A stretch of 62,752 nucleotides of DNA, filler included, from Basidiobolus ranarum (Eukaryota): assembly GCA_040143965.1 (NCBI GenBank). It is 37 parts of 37 records of this genome, joined end to end, with 100 filler letters (N's around TTAATTAATTAA, not from the genome) between each part and the next. Parts side by side here need not be neighbours in the genome. Positions count along the whole stretch, not along the records: positions 1 to 1,605 come from JASJQH010011609.1; positions 1,706 to 3,310 come from JASJQH010011610.1; positions 3,411 to 5,014 come from JASJQH010011611.1; positions 5,115 to 6,718 come from JASJQH010011612.1; positions 6,819 to 8,421 come from JASJQH010011613.1; positions 8,522 to 10,124 come from JASJQH010011614.1; positions 10,225 to 11,826 come from JASJQH010011615.1; positions 11,927 to 13,528 come from JASJQH010011616.1; 29 more parts are not named here. One strand, 5' to 3'. A program made the position numbers and the translations under genes. Below the pieces are notes generated by a model. It made no database searches. It was not told the DNA's origin and saw only the letters and a program-made list of their open reading frames with translations. How positions within the stretch are numbered: the stretch's first letter is position 1; the number at the start of each line of letters is the position of its first letter. Shown piece by piece: positions 1-12,226 of this stretch.

Positions 1-1605
1 AACATCTATGAAGCCAATATCTGCTGACATTATTGCTGATGAGCAGAAACCAACAAAACCTATGGTTCACAAGCTCCCACCCAAATACCAAGCCTTTGCT
101 GATGTCTTTGACAAGAAGAAATCTGATATACTCCCAGCTCACCACCCATATGATTGCCCTATAGATCTACAGGAAGGAAAACAACCACCCTTTGGACCTA
201 TATATGGGCTGACCCAGCCAGAACTCAACATTCTGAAGGAGTACATTGCAGAAAATCTAGAGAAAGGATTCATCCAACATTCAAAATCCCCAGCAGGTTC
301 TCCAATCTTATTTGTTAAGAAAAAAGATGGATCCCTCCGTCTCTGTGTTGATTATCAAGGCCTCAATAGTGTTACAGTCAAAAATTGGTACCCCTTGCCA
401 TTAATCAACTCACTCTTGGATCAGCTTGCTTCAGCCAAGGTGTTTACAAAGATTGATCTAAGAGGTGCTTACAATCTTGTAAGAATCAAACCAGGAGACC
501 AATGGAAAACTGCCTTTTGAACTTGCTATGGACACTTTGAATACAATGTCATGCCATTTGGACTTACCAATGCCCCTGCAGTCTTTCAACACATGATGAA
601 TGACATCTTCAGAGAGTATCTTGATCAATTTGTGGTAATCTACCTTGACAATATTTTGGTCTTCTCAAGCTCTCAAGAAGAACATAATATTCATGTTTCC
701 AAAGTCCTAGAAAAGTTGAAAACCTCTGGGCTCTATGCTAAACTTGAGAAATGTGAATTTGATCAAGCTCAAGTTGAATTCCTTGGATATAATATCAGCA
801 CATCAGGCATCTCCATGGACCCTAAGAAGGTTGAATCTGTTCTGTCTTGGGATATTCCCAAGAATGTGAAGGATGTCCAATCATTCCTTGGATTTGCAAA
901 CTTTTACCAACGGTTTGTCAAGAACTACTCCAAAATATCTGCTCCATTAACAAATCTCACAAAGAAAGAACTCCCATTTGACTGGAACCAATCTTGCCAA
1001 CAAGCATTTGTAACTTTAAAGAGTGCTTTTACCTCAGCACCAATCCTGGTGCATCCCAAGCTAGATAAACCATTTATTGTTGAAACTGATGCATCTGACT
1101 TTGCTCTAGGAGCAGTACTTTCACAGTTTGATGATGACAACTTACTGCACCCTGTTGCCTTTTACTCAAGAAAGTTCTCTGCTGCAGAAATCAACTATGA
1201 CATCTATGACAAGGAACTATTAGCAATTATTGCTGCGTTTGAACAATGGCAACAATACTTGAATGGAGCAAATCACAAAATCACAGTTTATTGTGATCAC
1301 AAGAATCTTCAGTATTTTAGTACAACCAAAGTTCTCAACCATTGTCAAGCAAGATGGTCATTATTTCTTGCCAGTTTTGATTTTGTGATTACATATTGAC
1401 CAGGTAGCCAGCAAGGAAAACCCAATGCCTTATCACGTAGAGCAGAATATCAGCCTAAAGAAGGGGATGAGGCCTTTGGCCAACAAAATACTTCCTTACT
1501 GAAGCCCCACCAACTTCAAATTAGTGCAACTGCCCTTTCTCTTCCTAGTTCAAGTGCATTCCATGAAGACATCCGCAAACTCCAATCTGAAGATGCATTG
1601 GTAAT
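1..1605 (+). mobile_element. Ty3/gypsy LTR retrotransposon pol fragment (RT + RNase H), inactivated
   Basis: Motifs [48 protein letters not shown] (for YLDD), ETDASDFALGAVL and DKELLAI. In-frame TGA at 518-520 and 1397-1399 where Arg is expected. Confidence 0.96.
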
Positions 1606-1705
1606 NNNNNNNNNNNNNNNNNNNNNNNNNNNNNNNNNNNNNNNNNNNNTTAATTAATTAANNNNNNNNNNNNNNNNNNNNNNNNNNNNNNNNNNNNNNN
1701 NNNNN
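1606..1705. other. Artificial contig linker N44-TTAATTAATTAA-N44 (first of 36 identical linkers; last at 61061-61160)
   Basis: An identical 100-nt spacer with stops in all six frames recurs every ~1.7 kb, and the flanking contig lengths never increase (1605 to 1592 bp). Confidence 0.99.
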
Positions 1706-3310
1706 TATTTGTTAAGAAAAAGGATAGATCCCTGCATTACAGTCAAAAATCAGTGCTCCTTACATTCAATCAACCAACTCTTGGATCAGCTTGCTTCAGC
1801 CAGGGTCTTTGCAAAGCTTGGTTTAAAAGGTGCTTATAATCTTGTCAGAATCAAACCAGGAGACCAATGGAAAACTGCTTTTGAGCTTGCTGTGGGCACT
1901 TTGAATACAATGTCATGGCATTTGTACTTATCAATGCCCCTGCAGTTTTCAACAAATGTTGAATGATATCTTCAGAGAGTATCTTGACCAATTTGTGGTA
2001 ATCTATCTTGACAATATCTTGGTGTTCTGAAACTCTCAAGAAGAACATAATATTCATGTTTCCCTAGTCCTGGAAAAGTTGAAAACCTCTGGTTTCTATG
2101 GTGAACTTGAGAAATGTGAATTTGACCAAGCTCAAGTTTAATCCTTGGATAGAACATCAACACATCAGGCATCTCCATGTACCCTAAGAAGGCTGAATCT
2201 GTTCTGTCTTAGGATACTCCCAAGAATGTGAACGATGTCCAATCTTTCCTCAGATTTGCAAGCTTTTACCATTGGTTTGTCAAACTACTCCAAAACATCT
2301 GCTTGATTAACAAACCTTACCAACAAAGAGCTCCTATTTGACTGGAACCCATCTTGCCAACAAGCACTTGTAACTTTCAAGAATGCTTTTATCTCAGCAC
2401 CAATCCTGGCACATCCCAACCTGGACAAGCCATTTTTTGTTGAACCAGATGCATCCAACTTTGCTCTAAGAGCAGTACTATCACAGTTTGATGATGCCAA
2501 CTTACTCCATCCTGTTGCCTTTTGCTTAAGAAAGTTCTCTGCCACAGAAATCAACCATGACATCTATGACAAGGAACTGTTAACAATTATTGCTGCATTT
2601 GAACAAAGGCAACAATACTTGGATGGAGCAAATCACAAAATCACAGTTTATTGTGATCACAAGAATCTTCAGTGTTAAGCTAGCAGAGCCATTTATTGTT
2701 GAAACTGATGAATATGACTTTGCTCTAGGAGCAGTACTATCACAGTATGGGGATTACAACTTACTGCACCCTGATGCCTTTTACTCAAGAAAGTTCTCTT
2801 CAGCAGAAATCACCTATAACATATATGAAAAGGAACTGTTAGTGATTATTGCTGCATTTGAATAATGGCAACAATACTTGGATGGAGCAAATCACACAAT
2901 CACAGTCTATTGTGATTATAAGAATCTTCAGTCTTTGAGTACAAACAAAGTTCTCAACTGCTGTCAAGCATGATGCTCATAATTTTGTGCCAGTTTTGGA
3001 TTTGTGATTACATGTAACCAGGTTGCCAGCTAGGAAAACCTGATTCCTTATCTTGTAGAGCAGAATATCAGCCTTAAGAAGGGGATGAGGCCTTTGGCCA
3101 ACAAAATACTCACTTCCCAAACCCCACCAACTTCAAATTAGGGCAACTGCTCTTTCCCTGCCAGGTTTAAGTACCTTTCATGAAGACATCTGCAAACTTA
3201 AATCTGCAGAGCTGTTGGTAATATCAATCAAGAACACTCAGGATACATGCAAAGGCTTCTCAAGCTTGAACATGTACCACCATTTCTCTATCATCAATGA
3301 TCTCTTGCTT
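1706..3310 (+). mobile_element. More degraded copy of the same Ty3/gypsy RT-RNase H, with an internal duplication of the RNase H block
   Basis: Aligns by eye to 310-1605. The block ccattt..tgttgaa..gatgcatc...gaatcttcagt occurs at ~2430-2673 and again at ~2689-2933. Confidence 0.92.
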
Positions 3311-3410
3311 NNNNNNNNNNNNNNNNNNNNNNNNNNNNNNNNNNNNNNNNNNNNTTAATTAATTAANNNNNNNNNNNNNNNNNNNNNNNNNNNNNNNNNN
3401 NNNNNNNNNN

Positions 3411-3600
3411 TCTCAAACTTTCACCCATGCTTAACAGGCATGTTTGTAATGATCAAAGCATGCTCAATAGTTCTATTTCATAGCAAACTATAAATTGGAC
3501 ATATTCAATTCAATAGAACTTAAGTGTCCAATTCACAAATCCAAATCTTGTCCAAACACTTCCAAATCCCCTGAACACTTTTATCAGAATATGAGCCCCA
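3411..3600 (+). repeat. Copia LTR family A, 3' part, with degenerate PBS (aatatgagcccc)
   Basis: Reverse complement of 8961-9160. Confidence 0.7.
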
Positions 3601-3619
3601 AGCTAGCTATTAAGGGAGT

Positions 3620-3838
3620 AGATCATAACAAACTTGCCTGTTAAGCATGGGTGAAAATTCAAGGTGATTTGGAGAAGCTTTGAGAACATAGTGAAAATTG
3701 GTTACAATGAGCTAATTGCTATTTTAATCAATTAGAGCAATAAACAGACATTTATGAATGACAGAATTGAGTGCTAAATAATCAGAATATGAAAAAATTA
3801 ACTACTAAATACTGAGTTGCTATTTATCTAATTTCAAT
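3620..3838 (-). repeat. Copia LTR family A, 5' part (3' LTR of the adjacent element)
   Basis: Minus strand starts TaTTGAAATTAGATAAATAGCAACTC after a purine tract (gggcgggaa). Matches 9100-9322 and 59469-59617. Confidence 0.8.
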
Positions 3839-3859
3839 ATTCCCGCCCAACTAGTTATT

Positions 3860-5014
3860 TTGTATTTCTCTAAAACCTAACTTAAATCTTAATAATTCAA
3901 ATTGTGCTTTAGCTAGAGGTTTAGTTAAGATGTCAGCTATCACATCTTCAGTAGGGCAATAGACAAGTTCAATTATATTTTTCTTTATTGCTTCTCTAAC
4001 AAAATGATGCCTACTATCTATATATTTTGTTCCATCATGAAATGTAGGGTTTTTAGCTCATGAAGTACAACTTTGAATATTTTCAAATACACTAATAGCA
4101 CATTTTTGCATATGTCCTAAGTCTACAATTAACTTCCTTAACCACATAGCATCTTGTGTAGTAGCAGAGGCAGCCATGTACTCTGCTGCTGTAGTGCAAA
4201 GTGCTACTGTTGGTTGCTTCTTACTATTCCAAGCAATGGCTTCATTACCATGGAGAAAAGTGCACCCAGTTGTTGATCATCTATCATCAAGGTTTCTTCC
4301 CCAGTCTGCATTGTTGTAGCCTTCAATATTTTGTGCATCAGGAGTAGCAGAGTATTCCAGACCTAGATCTACAGTTTCTCTCAAATACCTGAATATTTGT
4401 TTTACTGCAGTTTTGTGCTCTGATCCTGGATTTGAGGTATAGGCTGACAGTTCCCACTGCCACAGCAGTGTCTGGACATGTTCCAACCATGGAATACATT
4501 AAACTACCCACCATAGATTGATAAGGGAACTCCTGGCTTTGATTTGAGTCATTTTGGGCCAAATCAGATGAAACTTTGATTAATTTCACATTGTCACCTA
4601 TGGTGTTGATACAGGCTTGCTTTTCTCTATGTTGAAGCATTTTAGGATGTCTAGGATGTATCTAGACTGATTCAGCATGATTTTATGATTGGGTTTATTT
4701 CTCCTGAGTTGGATTCCAAGAAGATAACTTGATTCATGCATATTGTTCATCTGAATTGGTTTGACAAGTTGCTTTTTGTCTGATTAAGTACTTCTAGGTC
4801 ATTTGTGGCTATGAGTAAGTCACCCATATATAGTGCCAAGATACGGTTCCTATTTCTGGTTGTGTTGATAAATACTGTGATCTGCTGTGTATTTTTGGAG
4901 GTGTAGTGATTCCAAATAGGTATCTATCCTGTTGTACCATGCCCTGGGTGCTTACCTCAGTCTATATAGCAACTTTTGCAGCTTACAAACCATATCAGCT
5001 TGTTTTGGGTCAAA
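3860..5014 (-). mobile_element. Ty1/copia RT-RNase H, degenerate
   Basis: PYQSMVGSLMYSMVGTCPD, AVKQIFRYLRET, EGYNNADWG, and a KYID.RHHFVRE-type RNase H end. Confidence 0.9.
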
Positions 5015-5114
5015 NNNNNNNNNNNNNNNNNNNNNNNNNNNNNNNNNNNNNNNNNNNNTTAATTAATTAANNNNNNNNNNNNNNNNNNNNNNNNNNNNNN
5101 NNNNNNNNNNNNNN

Positions 5115-5225
5115 TATACAAGCAACTGATTGGCCTTAGACTTTGTGTTCAGATGCAGTCACCATACTCCATATTTTCCTCTTTGGGAATTACTGCTTGT
5201 ACCACAAGTCACCAGACTTTCAACA
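5115..5225 (+). repeat. 3' end of putative LTR family D (ends ...TTTCAACA)
   Basis: Starts with tacaagcaactgattggccttagac, shared with the end of 47312-47509. The terminal TTTCAACA is the inverted complement of TGTTGAAA at 47312. Confidence 0.6.
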
Positions 5226-6600
5226 TCTTGATGGTATCTTGACAGTATCCATACATGATAAAATATTGATCCCCATATTTGGCATGCATTACTTGATTTC
5301 TGCAATTTTTGCAACAATATAATTTTTCAACAGCAAATTACCAGGTTTACTGCTATTGGAATTTGAATTAATATGCATGCCTTTATTTAGATATTTTAGG
5401 CTTTGTGTTCCAGCCATAATGAGAATCAAAAAATACAAGAATCTTGGGATGTTTGGTCTCTACACATGCACATACTTGACTGATCAGACATAACTCAATA
5501 ATATCAATATGCTTTGCCAGCAAACTGACTGTGGAAAAATTGCTAAACATCTAAAATTTGAATAGCAATAACACTTGGCAGATAGCTAACTCTTGTTATC
5601 ATTTGCTATGAGAAGAAGCTCTTGGATTTTGGCAAATTTCCATCAAGAATTCAGCTAGAATATGCACAACTTGCAATCAACAAATGTTCTGTCACACGGA
5701 GATATGGCATTGCTTGAATAGATGACCCCATGGCTGAAACAATAAAACTGTGTATCTTGATCTATCTCACCAAGAATTCTGTCCTGCAGCTTTCCTAGAA
5801 ATACCATCAGATTATCACACAAACAAATCAGTCCAAATTGTAGAGGTTCTTACTCTGAATCCATAGATTTTGTTTTGTTGCTATTATTGTGCTCAAACAA
5901 TGCAAAAACCTGTGAGCACATTGAAAAGAGCCCTTTGTTGGAAGGTTAATATAGTCTGCAGTCTCCTTAGTCAATTGCATTATAACCATCACTGAATTTG
6001 CTCATGCATTGATAATCAGATTAGCATATAGTAATACTATTTATTTCACACAGAGCATCATTTCACCGCAGGTATGCTCCATTGGGAACTCCTAGAATGT
6101 ATAGCATGGGCCTATAATCCCTAAGCATTGTGAAAGCTGGAGTAGGGAATGTGTTAAATACTAGCATAGATTCAGTCTATGTCCTTTAATCCTGCAATAA
6201 AGTTTTCATTTCCAATTACAAAATCTTTGCACCATTGCTGTATCTGCCGGATATCTGCCAATGTGAGTTGATGCCATAAGAATATATTGACAATATTTAC
6301 AAACAACTCCCAATGTTGAAAATACTGATCAGGAAGAAATCTTTTCAAGACTCCACTTGAATATAAACAAACCCCATACTTCCAGTCTTTGCATTTGAAT
6401 AAACACCAAGATGAGTGGATATTGATGGGAGTCCTGGTAAGATATGCTGGTATCTTGATATTTTCAAACATTTTCCCAATTGATTCAAGCTTTGGTCCTA
6501 TCTCAAATTGCTGATTCAGATTGAATTTTGCACTATTTGGCTAAGTAAGTAGTATTGGAAGATTATTAAATAGAAAGCTCATAGTAACTAATAGGAAGCT
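5226..6600 (-). mobile_element. CACTA/CMC (En-Spm-like) transposase C-terminal region, degenerate
   Basis: RTPINIH..LFKCKDWKY..LYSSGVLKRFLPDQYFQHWELFV and H.LLQLSQCLGIIGP.YTF.EFPME, typical of the tnp2/DUF4218-type region. Homologous to 59618-61060. Confidence 0.8.
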
Positions 6601-6607
6601 CTGGCTT

Positions 6608-6718
6608 CCCTAACAGAAATTTGAGGATTGTTATCGTAGGAAAACCGTCACAATTTTAATCCATTTGGGGTTGACTGTTTACTTACCGTCATAAAATTGT
6701 CAAGTTAGATTTGATTTT
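6608..6718 (-). mobile_element. Terminus of the CMC-type DNA transposon (CCCTAACAGAAATTTGAGGATTG...)
   Basis: The same end occurs in the opposite orientation at 8828, 19536, 42631, 43246 and ~56755, each with a different flank. Confidence 0.7.
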
Positions 6719-6818
6719 NNNNNNNNNNNNNNNNNNNNNNNNNNNNNNNNNNNNNNNNNNNNTTAATTAATTAANNNNNNNNNNNNNNNNNNNNNNNNNN
6801 NNNNNNNNNNNNNNNNNN

Positions 6819-7390
6819 ATTAATCGTCAAATCAAGGAATTAATTATTGTAACATACTCGTCAAATACCTTCTTAAGGTTCTCGACTAACTCCTTCTGCA
6901 AGCCTTCAATTTCATCACTTTTACTGCTACGTAAAATACGGTAGGTCAATGGGGTGATTTTAGAGCCCCAAAACTCGATGGCATAACGAGCTTGGGCACG
7001 TTCAAGTGGATCTTTTGGTAAGAACCTAAGTTATGTTACGTTAGTAAGTAAACCAAGGTCAACTATATGCTGGAAAACCTACTCTTTGTCGGATAAATCA
7101 GTGATGAATTCAGCAATTATTAAAGATTCCATTATCAGGTCTTCGCCATATTTGACGGTTGGGATCTTTCCCTCGGGATTGATATCAAGGTACCAGCTTG
7201 GCTTGTTGACTAAAGAGACTTCTACCAGTTCATGTTCGATTTCCGTTTCGTGGAGTGCAATACGAGCTCTTTGTGCATAGGGACAACCGCTGTTGCTGTA
7301 AATGACAAGGGGTTTTTCTGCGAAGAGTATTAAATATCAGTACTACACGTTTTGGAGACTTGTTTTATGAGACTAACCGGTGTGGACCAT
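6819..7390 (-). CDS. Glutathione S-transferase (omega-like, CPYA motif), 5' part; introns 7318-7377 and 7026-7082
   Basis: Spliced translation MVHTEKPLVIYSNSGCPYAQRARIALHETEIEHELVEVSLVNKPSWYLDINPEGKIPTVKYGEDLIMESLIIAEFITDL, with GT-AG introns. Confidence 0.9.
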
Positions 7391-8000
7391 TATTTGAATG
7401 CGTTATAGTTGGTGTTAATGTTTTTCAACTTTACTCCAGCTTTTATAAGTTAAAGGACCGGAGTATTTATATCACCTGATTACCATAATAGATTAAGCTA
7501 AATTCGTGATTATCAAGTGATCGTATTAGGAATTCGCTTAGAATATATATATTACCATTCTGATTAATAATACGGAACAAAATATGGTCACATAACTGGA
7601 TGTTTATTTTCATCTCCGTTTCCGGTACATATTTGTAATGCTCTAAGAATTAGTTGTAGGATAACTTTGCAACTAAATAGATATATCGACCATACTGTGT
7701 CTTATGAGCGGTCGTACTTGACGCTTAATATGCAATCTAATTAATAAATGTCATCGATCTCAGATATGCTCAACTCAAATGTATCATCGTTAATTTGAAC
7801 TATTAGTGGTTTGAGTTTGCCGCGGGTTAGTAGTCGAAGTGCATTGTTGATATGGCTCTACCAGCTCAGATGCCATGTTGGTACGCAATATACTTAATAT
7901 ATATAGAGTACAGCATTGAGTATCAGCGAATATATATGAATATATCCATTTGCAACCAATTCTTTATTGAGACTTTATATAAACACTATTTTGATCTACA

Positions 8001-8421
8001 TCAAGCCAAAGCTCTGAGTTTAGTAGCCAATTTCTCGGTAATATTGTACAATTCCTCGGGTGATAGAGAACTCTGGATGAAAGATGGGCGCTTTTGAATG
8101 CTCTCAGCCCAACTCAAATAAGCCTTCAACTCTGAGACATCAGGAATCTCGAACTTGGCGAACTTAGCAATGACTGCTAATCTACTGACAAAAGGTGAGA
8201 GGGCAATCTCCACCAGTGAGTATTGCTCACCAAGGAAATAGGGACCAGAGGATTTGAAGGAGAGAATATGACTGAACTGTGTGACAATCATGATTAATCG
8301 TCAAATCAAAGAATTAATTATTGTAACATACTCGTCAAATACCTTCTTAAGGTTCTCGACTAACTCCTTCTGCAAGCCTTCAATTTCATCACTTTTACTG
8401 CTAACTAAAATACGGTAGGTT
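8001..8421 (-). CDS. Glutathione S-transferase, 3' part of an upstream tandem copy
   Basis: GST C-domain GPYFLGEQYSLVEIALSPFVSRL...WAESIQKRPSF. 8293-8421 is near-identical to 6819-6947 (period ~1474 bp). Confidence 0.88.
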
Positions 8422-8521
8422 NNNNNNNNNNNNNNNNNNNNNNNNNNNNNNNNNNNNNNNNNNNNTTAATTAATTAANNNNNNNNNNNNNNNNNNNNNNN
8501 NNNNNNNNNNNNNNNNNNNNN

Positions 8522-8828
8522 AAATATTCAGGAGAATATATCAAAGAGACTAGGGATTTCAAAGGTGACAAATTAGCGTTCAAGTGGTAATTGTGTAAAA
8601 TTTGAGTTATGTTTTTTGCACATGTGTTGATCTATAGTTCTCTGAGATTTTAGCCAATCAATTGTGACTATTTTGCAAGATCTTGAAATTTCACTCCTGA
8701 AACTGAAAAAATTGATTAAAATCAAATATAACTTGACAATTTTATGATGGTAAGTAAATGGACAATCCCAAATGGATTAAAATTGTGATAGTTTTCCTAT
8801 GATGACAATCCTCAAATTTCCCTTAGGG
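8522..8828 (+). mobile_element. CMC transposon subterminal region and terminus (...ttaggg)
   Basis: Matches 19230-19536 and 42955-43246. Confidence 0.75.
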
Positions 8829-8849
8829 CTAACTGAAGTAATTGATGCT

Positions 8850-9322
8850 GATAAAAGTGTTGTAGCACCATTTGCATCATGAACTTCCAAAGGTGAAAGT
8901 CTTTGCCATCAAACTTCTCTGTGGATGTAATAATATAGACATTCCTTTAACAGCTAGCTTGGGGCTCATAGCCTGGTAAAAGTATTTATGGGACTTAGAA
9001 GTGTTTGGACAAGGTTTGGATTTGTGAAATAGACACTTAAATTTATTGAATTGAATATGTCCTATTCAGAGTTTAGAGTGAAATAGAACTATTGGACATG
9101 TTTTGATCACAATACACATGCCTGTTAAGTATGGGTGAAAATTTGAGGAGATTGGAGAAGTTCTGAGAAAATAGTGAAAATTGATAAAAGTGATCTAATT
9201 GATATTTATATTAACTAGAGCAATACATTCATGTTTTTGAATAGCAAAATTGAGTGCTAAAGAATCAGAATATGAATAAACCAACAACTATATGAAGAGT
9301 TGCTATTTACCTAATTTCAACA
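8850..9322 (-). mobile_element. Copia 5' LTR family A (8974-9322, TG...CA), PBS ggctatgagcccc (8961-8973) and gag start
   Basis: TGTTGAAATTAG...TACCA followed by a half-tRNAiMet-type PBS and a copia gag N-terminus EKFDGKDFHLWKFMMQM. Confidence 0.85.
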
Positions 9323-9333
9323 TATGCTATATT

Positions 9334-9711
9334 TGTTGAAGTTTATCGTCTTTATCATATTTGTTATCTCTATCTTTATACACCTAACTATTTCATATAT
9401 CATATATAAGTTAGTTAACATTACTTAGTCAAATATCACTTAGCTGAAAATCAGAACATATTATATATATATATGTGAATAATGTGAGAGTTAGCAATTC
9501 CATATTGGAAATTTCAAACTTGTCCAAATTGCCCCAAAGATAACTCATTTTACTCCCACAGATGTTCTGAACACAACCCCAGTGCTAGTTTTCTGTATTT
9601 CCATCAAAATGTATAAAAGCTTTATTTCTGGACAATAAACAATTATCTCACAAAGCTATTCACAACTCCACCTTTCTAAAATTCCTCCAAACAGCCCATA
9701 TTTTCCCAATA
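9334..9711 (+). repeat. Solo LTR family B (copia), TSD atatt/gtatt
   Basis: TGTTGAAGTTT...CCCAATA. Many copies in the window; 5-bp TSD with one mismatch. Confidence 0.88.
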
Positions 9712-10224
9712 GTATTTAACTGCAATCTATTTTGATGATGTGTGAGGTGCTACATAGTAAAGATTGGAAAATGTAAGTATTAACAGGAGCATTCAGCAGT
9801 TGCCCAGGTTTGAAGTGGTACATGCTCATTTGCTTCTGATATTTTTGCTGTCTCCTTGATATTACCACAGAAGGAACATTGCTTGAACCTCTGCACTGGG
9901 ATGGACAGTTTGCTTCTGCTAAAGTTCCTCTACCAAAGCCAGCATGAGTTGTGGCTTGAGGTCAATGTCCTGGGGTATGCATTGGCTTGGCCAGTCTAGT
10001 TTGCAGTTTGTTTGTTCATATAGTCTCTTCTTCAGATGTGGAGCCTTCACTTAATGGGTCAACCAGCCATTGCTGCTAGTGCCGAGGTCTACATGTCAAC
10101 CCAAAATTTCTCCATTGAGGTTTGNNNNNNNNNNNNNNNNNNNNNNNNNNNNNNNNNNNNNNNNNNNNTTAATTAATTAANNNNNNNNNNNNNNNNNNNN
10201 NNNNNNNNNNNNNNNNNNNNNNNN

Positions 10225-11826
10225 CTGAGATCTGCCAATGTGAGTTGATGCCGTAAGAATATATTAACAATATCAACAAACAACTCCCAATGTTGCCAAT
10301 ACTTATCAGGCAGAAATCTTTTCAAAATTCCACTTGAATATATACAAATCCAATACTTCCAGTCTTTGCATTTGAATAAATGCCTAGACAAGTGGATATT
10401 GATGAGGGTCCTGATAAAAAATGATGGTATCTTGAAGTTTTCAAGCCTTTTCCCAATTGTTTCAAACTTTGATCCTATCTTGAATGGCTCATTCATATTG
10501 AATTTTTCACTATATAGCTGAGTAAGCAGTATCAGAATGTTGTTCAATAGTAAGTGCATAGTGCCTAATGGGAAGCTCCAGCCCCATCTAATACCCTTTA
10601 GCAATATAATCTTAGGCTTACGGCTAGTATCAAGTTTGATGTTAGAACAACTATTTGTTGAATTGATATCAGTGATCATATTGAAATCTGACTGGGCTCT
10701 TGATGGTAAAATCATGAAGTTTAGTGTTGTATTTGGATAGTAGTAATGTGTATGCCTGTTAGAGTAAACTCCATTGATTTGACAAAATCTAGAGCAAGAT
10801 AGTGCATTGTGCCTGCAAAAACCTCCAAGTTTACTGATGGTGGCAGTGTCACCAATACATACAATGATATTAGCTTTAATAAAATATTCACTCATCTGAA
10901 CCACATTAGATAACCATTCAAATTCCACAATCAAAGGCTCCAAGAAGCTATCTCTAAGCACTGGTGATTTAGGTCCAGATATTTATTGGGAAAATATGGG
11001 CTGTTTGCAGGAACTTTAGAAAAGTGGAGTTGTGACAGCTTTGTGAGATAATTGTTAATTGTCCAGAAATAAAACATTTGTACATTTTGATGGAAATACA
11101 GAAAACTAACACTGGGGTTGTGTTCAGAACATCTGTGGGAGTAAAATGAGCTATCTGTGGGGCACTTTGGACAAGTTTGAAATTTCCAATATGGAATTGC
11201 TAATTCTCACATTATTCACATATATAAATAATATATGTTCCAATTTTCAGCTAAGTGATATTTGACTAAGTAATGTTAACTAACTTATATGTGATCTATG
11301 AAATAGTTAGATGTATAAAGATAGAGATAAAAAATATGAAAAAGACAATAAACTTTGACAATATGATTGATAGCATCAAAATATTATGACTCTTATACCA
11401 TTCAGAAGGAGGAAGATTTAAGTAGATTAAAATTATTGGCCAGCAAGCCTTTCCAACAGTATATTTGTTTAGTGAGAAACTATCCAGAGCCAATGCAAAT
11501 GCATGATCATACATGTTTGCAAAGAAACCTTGACTTTTCAGATTCAGGTAGTGATATCCATCAAGTATATCCATAATACCATCAGCTTTATGGTGAGTAC
11601 TTTGGTATTGGATCAATGATCTATATTTCAGTGATTTCATCAAAACTTTAAGATGGGAATCAATGGTATGTAAGCCAAATATGAATGATATTTTCCTGAT
11701 TCAGTGATTGTTAATTGTGTGCAAACAGTACATGACTTCAGGTTTTTCAGATCACTGGTGAAAGCCAAAAAACCATTTGGACATGAAGGTAGCTTAACTA
11801 CTGAAGGATTATAAGTCATATGATTG
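10225..11826 (-). mobile_element. CACTA/CMC transposase (Transposase_21/tnp2-like core), interrupted by a solo LTR B
   Basis: DILDGYHY..ALALDSF..CWPIILIYLNLPPSEW..NILMLSII|SGPKSP..DSFLEPLIVE..CIGDTATISKLGGF..CSRFC..MHLL. Confidence 0.88.
10984..11360 (-). repeat. Solo LTR family B inserted in the transposase gene, TSD atatt/atatg
   Basis: Removing the LTR and one TSD restores LSIISGPKSP. Confidence 0.88.
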
Positions 11827-11926
11827 NNNNNNNNNNNNNNNNNNNNNNNNNNNNNNNNNNNNNNNNNNNNTTAATTAATTAANNNNNNNNNNNNNNNNNN
11901 NNNNNNNNNNNNNNNNNNNNNNNNNN

Positions 11927-12001
11927 GGTGCTGGAGGAGCTGCCCCTGGTGGTTTCCCCGGTGCTGATAGCAGTGAGCCTACTGTTGAAGAATTGGATTA
12001 A
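11927..12001 (+). CDS. Cytosolic Hsp70, extreme C-terminus (partial)
   Basis: [24 protein letters not shown]-stop. Confidence 0.85.
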   Translation, partial: GAGGAAPGGFPGADSSEPTVEELD

Positions 12002-12226
12002 GCTTGGACTTAACGAATGTTTCTTCAATATGTATTTAATCATGTATAGTACCTACAAATTCTTTTTCCGATTCTAAACGCGAAAAATCGTTATTATTAT
12101 ATACTTTAGAGTTAACAATATCATATTTGATATAAATAATAAATTTGTTATTCTGGAAATTCTAATGATGATATCCAATATTTATTACTATTATTGTGTT
12201 TACTGCCATACGAGTTGATGAGAACT

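Noticed and set aside
1-1605. Classical CpA-type RIP, or TGA recoding/readthrough in pol
   Set aside because: CA and TG dinucleotides are abundant, and the stops sit at Arg (CGA) positions alongside other CpG-type changes, so mutation explains them.
1650-1661. Regularly spaced TTAATTAATTAA palindrome as a biological repeat or CRISPR-like array
   Set aside because: It is always centred in N runs: a synthetic six-frame stop linker.
9720-10124. Possible zinc-knuckle/gag remnant on the minus strand (CSFCG)
   Set aside because: CpG-poor and probably TE-derived, but too degraded to assign.
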